From: an uncultured Veillonellaceae bacterium
GTDB lineage: Bacteria; Bacillota; Negativicutes; JARBTT01
DNA: 64,000 nt
Direction of reading: 5' to 3'
NCBI GenBank assembly: GCA_963805085.1
Contig: CAWDTA010000002.1
Span: 1,056,001 to 1,120,000 of the forward strand
This document shows, one piece after another, positions 63,001 to 64,000 of this stretch (position 1 is the first letter of the stretch; each line of letters starts with the position of its first letter). Under the pieces are notes generated by a model that saw nothing but the letters and a program-made list of their open reading frames with translations, was not told where the DNA came from and did not search any database. A program made the position numbers and the translations under genes.

Positions 63001-64000
63001 TGAGACTTGCATCTTTGTGGAAAGAACAAGATGCGCAAGGAGAGAACATGGCATCTGACTATGTCGAGCATGTTGTGATACTTTGTGAACCGGAAAAAGG
63101 AATTCAGGAAAGCATTGAAACTGCAATGAGAGGAGTCAGCTGTGTTACCCTGAAATCTGAGCACAGCGGTATAGACCAACGGTTTCAAACCTATGCAGTC
63201 CAAGTGTTTAAAAAAATCCAAAGTATTATCAAAGGAAAACCTACAGGTAAGGTCCTGGCTCAGATTGTAGTTTCTACAGAGAATGAACAACAACTTTTCA
63301 TGGGATTTTCCGGGCTTCTAAAAACGGCGCAGCTTGAGAATAAAAATTTTATTGGACAGCTGATTGGTTTAGATGGATGGAAAGTTGCTAAAGAAATTAT
63401 AGAAAAATTGACTGAAAATAGTCGAAGCAAAGCAACTCAGATCCAATATCAAAAAGGCAAACGACAGGTTATGACTTGGAGTGAAATAGGAGTATCAGAC
63501 AAAGAAGTGAGTATTCCTTGGAAAGAGCAGGGTATCTATCTGATTACCGGCGGTGTCGGCGGTTTAGGGATCATTTTTGCCAGAGATATTGCACATAAAG
63601 TTAAGAATGCCACCATAATTTTGACAGGAAGATCTCCTCTGAGTGAGGAAAAACAAGAAAAACTTAAAGAATTAGAAAGTTTAGGTATCCGGACTGAATA
63701 TAAGCAGGTTGATGTAATCCAAAAGAAGGCGGTTGCCGATTTAATTAAGGATATCCAAAAGAAATTTGGAAGTCTTAATGGCATCATTCATGCTGCAGGA
63801 GTAAATCGAGATAACTTTATTATCAAAAAGACTAAAGATGAACTATTAGAAGTGTTGGCTCCCAAAGTTACCGGACTGGTAAATTTAGATCTGGCAAGCA
63901 AGGATCTAAGCCTTGACTTCTTCGTGCTCTTTTCTTCAATCGCAGGAAGCTTAGGAAATTTAGGCCAGGCTGATTATTCAACTGCCAACGCTTTCATGGA
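54057..64000 (+). CDS. Trans-AT modular PKS, first subunit, 3'-truncated: KS-degenerate AT remnant-DH-KR-ACP-ACP-ACP-KS-DH-KR...
   Basis: Absent from the ORF track because it has no stop in the window. RBS GAAGGAG plus GTG 54057 gives VKIDIATNSREIAIVGMACRFPGA. KS1 EAACAS (Cys 54582), EAHGTGT, KTNIGH; DH1 HVIKDQKILP (His 57006) and DAALQ; KR1 ITGGSGGLG, HAAGMLRD, YATAN; three YGFDSI; KS2 GPSEPVETACSS (Cys 60723); DH2 HIVKGQRVLP (His 62193); KR2 ITGGVGGLG, YSTAN. The frame is the same at the start and at the window end. Confidence 0.93.
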   Translation, partial: MKIDIATNSREIAIVGMACRFPGAPDYETFWDNLSKGISSIREIDRWNFNEHYSPNGKDNKSIGKWCGLLDDIDKFDNNFFHISPREAIHMDPQQRILLEEAWHCIEDSGISLKELQQKRTSIYVGTVAMDLYQGSPDEKDLDMYSGTGMYRFMLANRLSYFLGLSGESIVLEAACASTSVAICNAKKALQTGDCDYALVAGANLHTSPLRHQIYLKNRMLSKDGKSKTFDKDADGFIAGEGVGFLLLQSLDKAVQQQSHIFGVIKGCAVNHGGKAVSLSAPRVEAQRDVILAAYEDAEINAETVNYIEAHGTGTSLGDPIEVEALTQAFQKFTSEKQFCKIGSVKTNIGHLEATAGMAGVIKVLLMMRHKKIPPTLNIKTVNPIIDFKNSPFSIANELTEWSSRDGLPLRAGVSSFGLGGVNSHILLEEYPDKNTVVDAAIVTKYPFVLSAKNEKSLEGMLNKWRSFVKSDAFTQYGLRDICLTLLTGRENLPVRYGSLILNKIELVELLDKTTSAFLNKVDESWGLCVGDFVWNSYAELEPIIEEFPIFKGNLDKVLESIEEYDKGRKIKKGFLATTWPKSKINLYSFIANYTCISTLVDLGLSLSLITGVKSGLWVSLVVSGATSLGEVIKVLCGEKAVDKIEVARPLISFYDPINKTVIKPYAFEEEYVQDLISELEISDNVIEHYWEKAHLLSENQFTFIHFLDEWDSNLKEVGLDIKALLADKNVLRLKDEKNYKKTLLLMVVILSCLYRLNLKWKLSEHKLIKDERFYELLDLVLDDVIPKDILIALLTSEKPDLTIVIDTLKERQSKINICKSYKCLKQRSRKVTDIANIGQWAKQMLIQEDLVSLPAMEYIDFGKIANRNPAKKTIIFNKKEDILVAIHEVLNSLWIRGVNVQWDKMYTENSFQKKSLPVYVFDRTSFWLQDNRAKQATDFNEVVEKNATVDNFLHPLVHKNTSSFFEERFSSKFTGQEFFLKDHVIKDQKILPGVAYLEMAREAVEQALGGVEEEKTKICLKNIVWIRPMSVNDQPLQVHIGLVTEDSGEITYEIYSQSKDNDVLYSQGIAVLEPCSEISSLNLKQLQEDCSQKKLQSVQCYEMFKTMGFSYGPGYQGIKEIYVGTNKLLARLSLPEVVADTEKQYVLHPSVMDAALQASICLTVDDNTNRRKVGKIKPLLPFALQNLKIFDNCTACMWASVRYSADSKAGDTVQKFDIDLCDDNGKVCVQMRGFSTRTPQGEIRASSTQRNGVLMLHPQWREEAVQQECILPSYVQHLVIVCEAGKISAESIKNQMQNVKCITLEAKEEDIAERFSNYAIRVFEEIQTIIKGNPKGEALIQIVISQEKEGQLYSGLSGLLKTAHLEYPKLIGQIIEIDKNDDSEKLIEQIKVNRCCPQETQIRYQGGKRLVAGWKDVEAFQDKLDIPWINQGVYLITGGSGGLGLIFAKEIADTVKGATLILTGRSELDTNKKVQLKEIEQKGIQIAYKQVDVTRKQDIEKLIQNVLEQYGKIDGIIHAAGMLRDNYIIKKTKAEFQEVLAPKVAGLVNLDQASKDVSLDFFILFSSIAGSLGNLGQADYATANSFMDAFSRYRGELVDLQLRRGKTLSINWPLWRDGGMHVDVQTEKMMMENQGMAVMQTANGVKALYQGMKLENTQIMVLEGLIDRMRRKVLKQVDGAMINPINKSAAVIDDGALLEKVQTELIQAVSKLLGVAIEDIDTEVELSEYGFDSITFTEFTNQLNQEYKIALTPTIFFEHPTLSSFAEFLLDEYRMVFGAQQLIMPIASQVNTSSYKSGAVIDDGALLEKVQTELIQAVSKLLGVAIEDIDTEVELSEYGFDSITFTEFTNQLNQEYKIALTPTIFFEHPTLSSFAEYLLDEYRMVFGAQQLIMPIASQVNTSSYKSGAVIDDGALLEKVQTELIQAVSKLLGVAIEDIDTEVELSEYGFDSITFTEFTNQLNQEYKIALTPTIFFEHPTLSSFAEYLLDEYRMVFGAPQLVMPTESQSNITSYTILAESARRIEQPLNNIRRSRFSRASVVSTGNASINTDESIAIVGMSGIFPMAKDVNELWTNLVEGKDCITEIPKSRWDWREYYGDPKKEANKSNVKWGGFIDGIDEFDPLFFGISPREAELMDPQQRLLMIHAWKVIEDAGYSAQSLSESKTGMFVGTMSTGYNQLVAEAKVAVEGYSSTGMVPSVGPNRMSYFLNIHGPSEPVETACSSALVAIHRAVSAIENGSCEMALVGGVNTMVTPDFQISFNKAGMLCEDGRCKTFSNKANGYVRGEGAGMIFLKKLKDAEQAGDHIYGVIRGSAENHGGRANSLTAPNPKAQAEVLEAAYTKAGIDPRTVTYIEAHGTGTELGDPIEINGLKMAFKDLYQATGDSQVVSSHCGVGSVKTNIGHLEIAAGIAGVIKVLLQLKHKTLVKSLHCDTINPYIQLKDSPFYIVQETKEWKTIQDERGNDLPRRAGVSSFGFGGANAHVVIEEYIPKNQERPQGSITPDNPAIIVLSAKNEEQLKKQVQQLLSEIGKQKFSDDNLMDIAYTLQVGREAMEERLAMIVGSIKELEKNLKGFIEGQNGIPRFYQGQVKRNKNTVAVFSADEDLKKAIDAWVIKGKYAKILDLWVKGLIFDWEKFYGDSKPRRISLPTYPFAEEHYWVPELKKKFADNSVVANSVITTNIHPLLQQNTSDFSEQRFSSIFTGQEFFLAGHIVKGQRVLPGVAYLEMARAAVRQATGALKDGKTQQIQLKNIVWSRPIIIGKHPAQVNIGLYPEDNGDIAYEIYSESEDSNADPIVYSRGSAVLSSGFEIPALDLKALQTQCSQSSLSSSECYEIYSEMGIDYGPGHQGIEKVYVGLGQVLAKLYLPSAVSDTQDQFVLHPSLMDSALQASIGLMMGSSAPKLSLPFALQELKVFSKCTCAMWALIRYSNGSKAGDRVQKLDIDLCDETGNVCVQIKGFSSRVLEGELGTIGSSEAVGMLRLASLWKEQDAQGENMASDYVEHVVILCEPEKGIQESIETAMRGVSCVTLKSEHSGIDQRFQTYAVQVFKKIQSIIKGKPTGKVLAQIVVSTENEQQLFMGFSGLLKTAQLENKNFIGQLIGLDGWKVAKEIIEKLTENSRSKATQIQYQKGKRQVMTWSEIGVSDKEVSIPWKEQGIYLITGGVGGLGIIFARDIAHKVKNATIILTGRSPLSEEKQEKLKELESLGIRTEYKQVDVIQKKAVADLIKDIQKKFGSLNGIIHAAGVNRDNFIIKKTKDELLEVLAPKVTGLVNLDLASKDLSLDFFVLFSSIAGSLGNLGQADYSTANAFM
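59116..60080 (+). repeat. Three near-identical 327-bp tandem repeats encoding triple ACP domains
   Basis: GCGGTGATTGATGATGGCGC recurs at 59127, 59454 and 59781 (period 327 bp = 109 aa). Copies differ at only a few positions (e.g. GAGTTTTTGTTG / GAATATTTGCTG / GAATATTTGTTG). Confidence 0.95.

Noticed and set aside
56378-63787. Short minus-strand ORFs listed in the apparent gene desert after 53646
   Set aside because: The region is occupied by one + strand PKS frame from GTG 54057 that the ORF track missed because it has no stop in the window.
1-64000. tRNA, rRNA, intact transposase/integrase, MbtH-like, type II TE or regulator genes
   Set aside because: None recognisable by eye in this window. 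Accessory genes may lie outside it.

Overview
Low-GC Firmicute-type DNA, almost fully coding on the + strand, holding two adjacent secondary-metabolite clusters, both cut by the window edges. (1) 1-49240 is a hybrid cis-AT PKS/NRPS cluster. The last PKS module (post-AT linker-KR-ACP) feeds an 8-module NRPS on three genes that ends in a surfactin-type TE. Hand-read A-domain codes give polyketide-[Ile/Leu/Val-like]-Glu*-Ile-Phe-D-Ser-Leu-Glu*-Ile, where Glu* is an atypical Glu-like code. Next come a translationally coupled stand-alone C-domain/acyltransferase-fold protein (HxxxNG) and a second self-contained NRPS (starter C-A-T-E-C-A-T-reductase, predicted acyl-D-Leu-Leu aldehyde/alcohol). These are followed by an EntD-type PPTase, a MacB/MFP/TolC exporter, an ABC-2 exporter and an SDR. 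TolC suggests a diderm Negativicutes host. (2) 49728-64000 is the start of a trans-AT PKS cluster: a PksD-like AT/acyl hydrolase, a PksE-like AT-ER, and a giant PKS missing from the ORF track (GTG 54057 to the window end: KS-degenerate AT-DH-KR-ACPx3-KS-DH-KR...). The intergenic regions of cluster 2 carry hairpins and antisense sigma-A-like promoters. The best novelty candidate is the two-assembly-line arrangement bridged by the stand-alone acyltransferase-like enzyme. All substrate and domain calls come from reading motifs by eye; no database searches were run.
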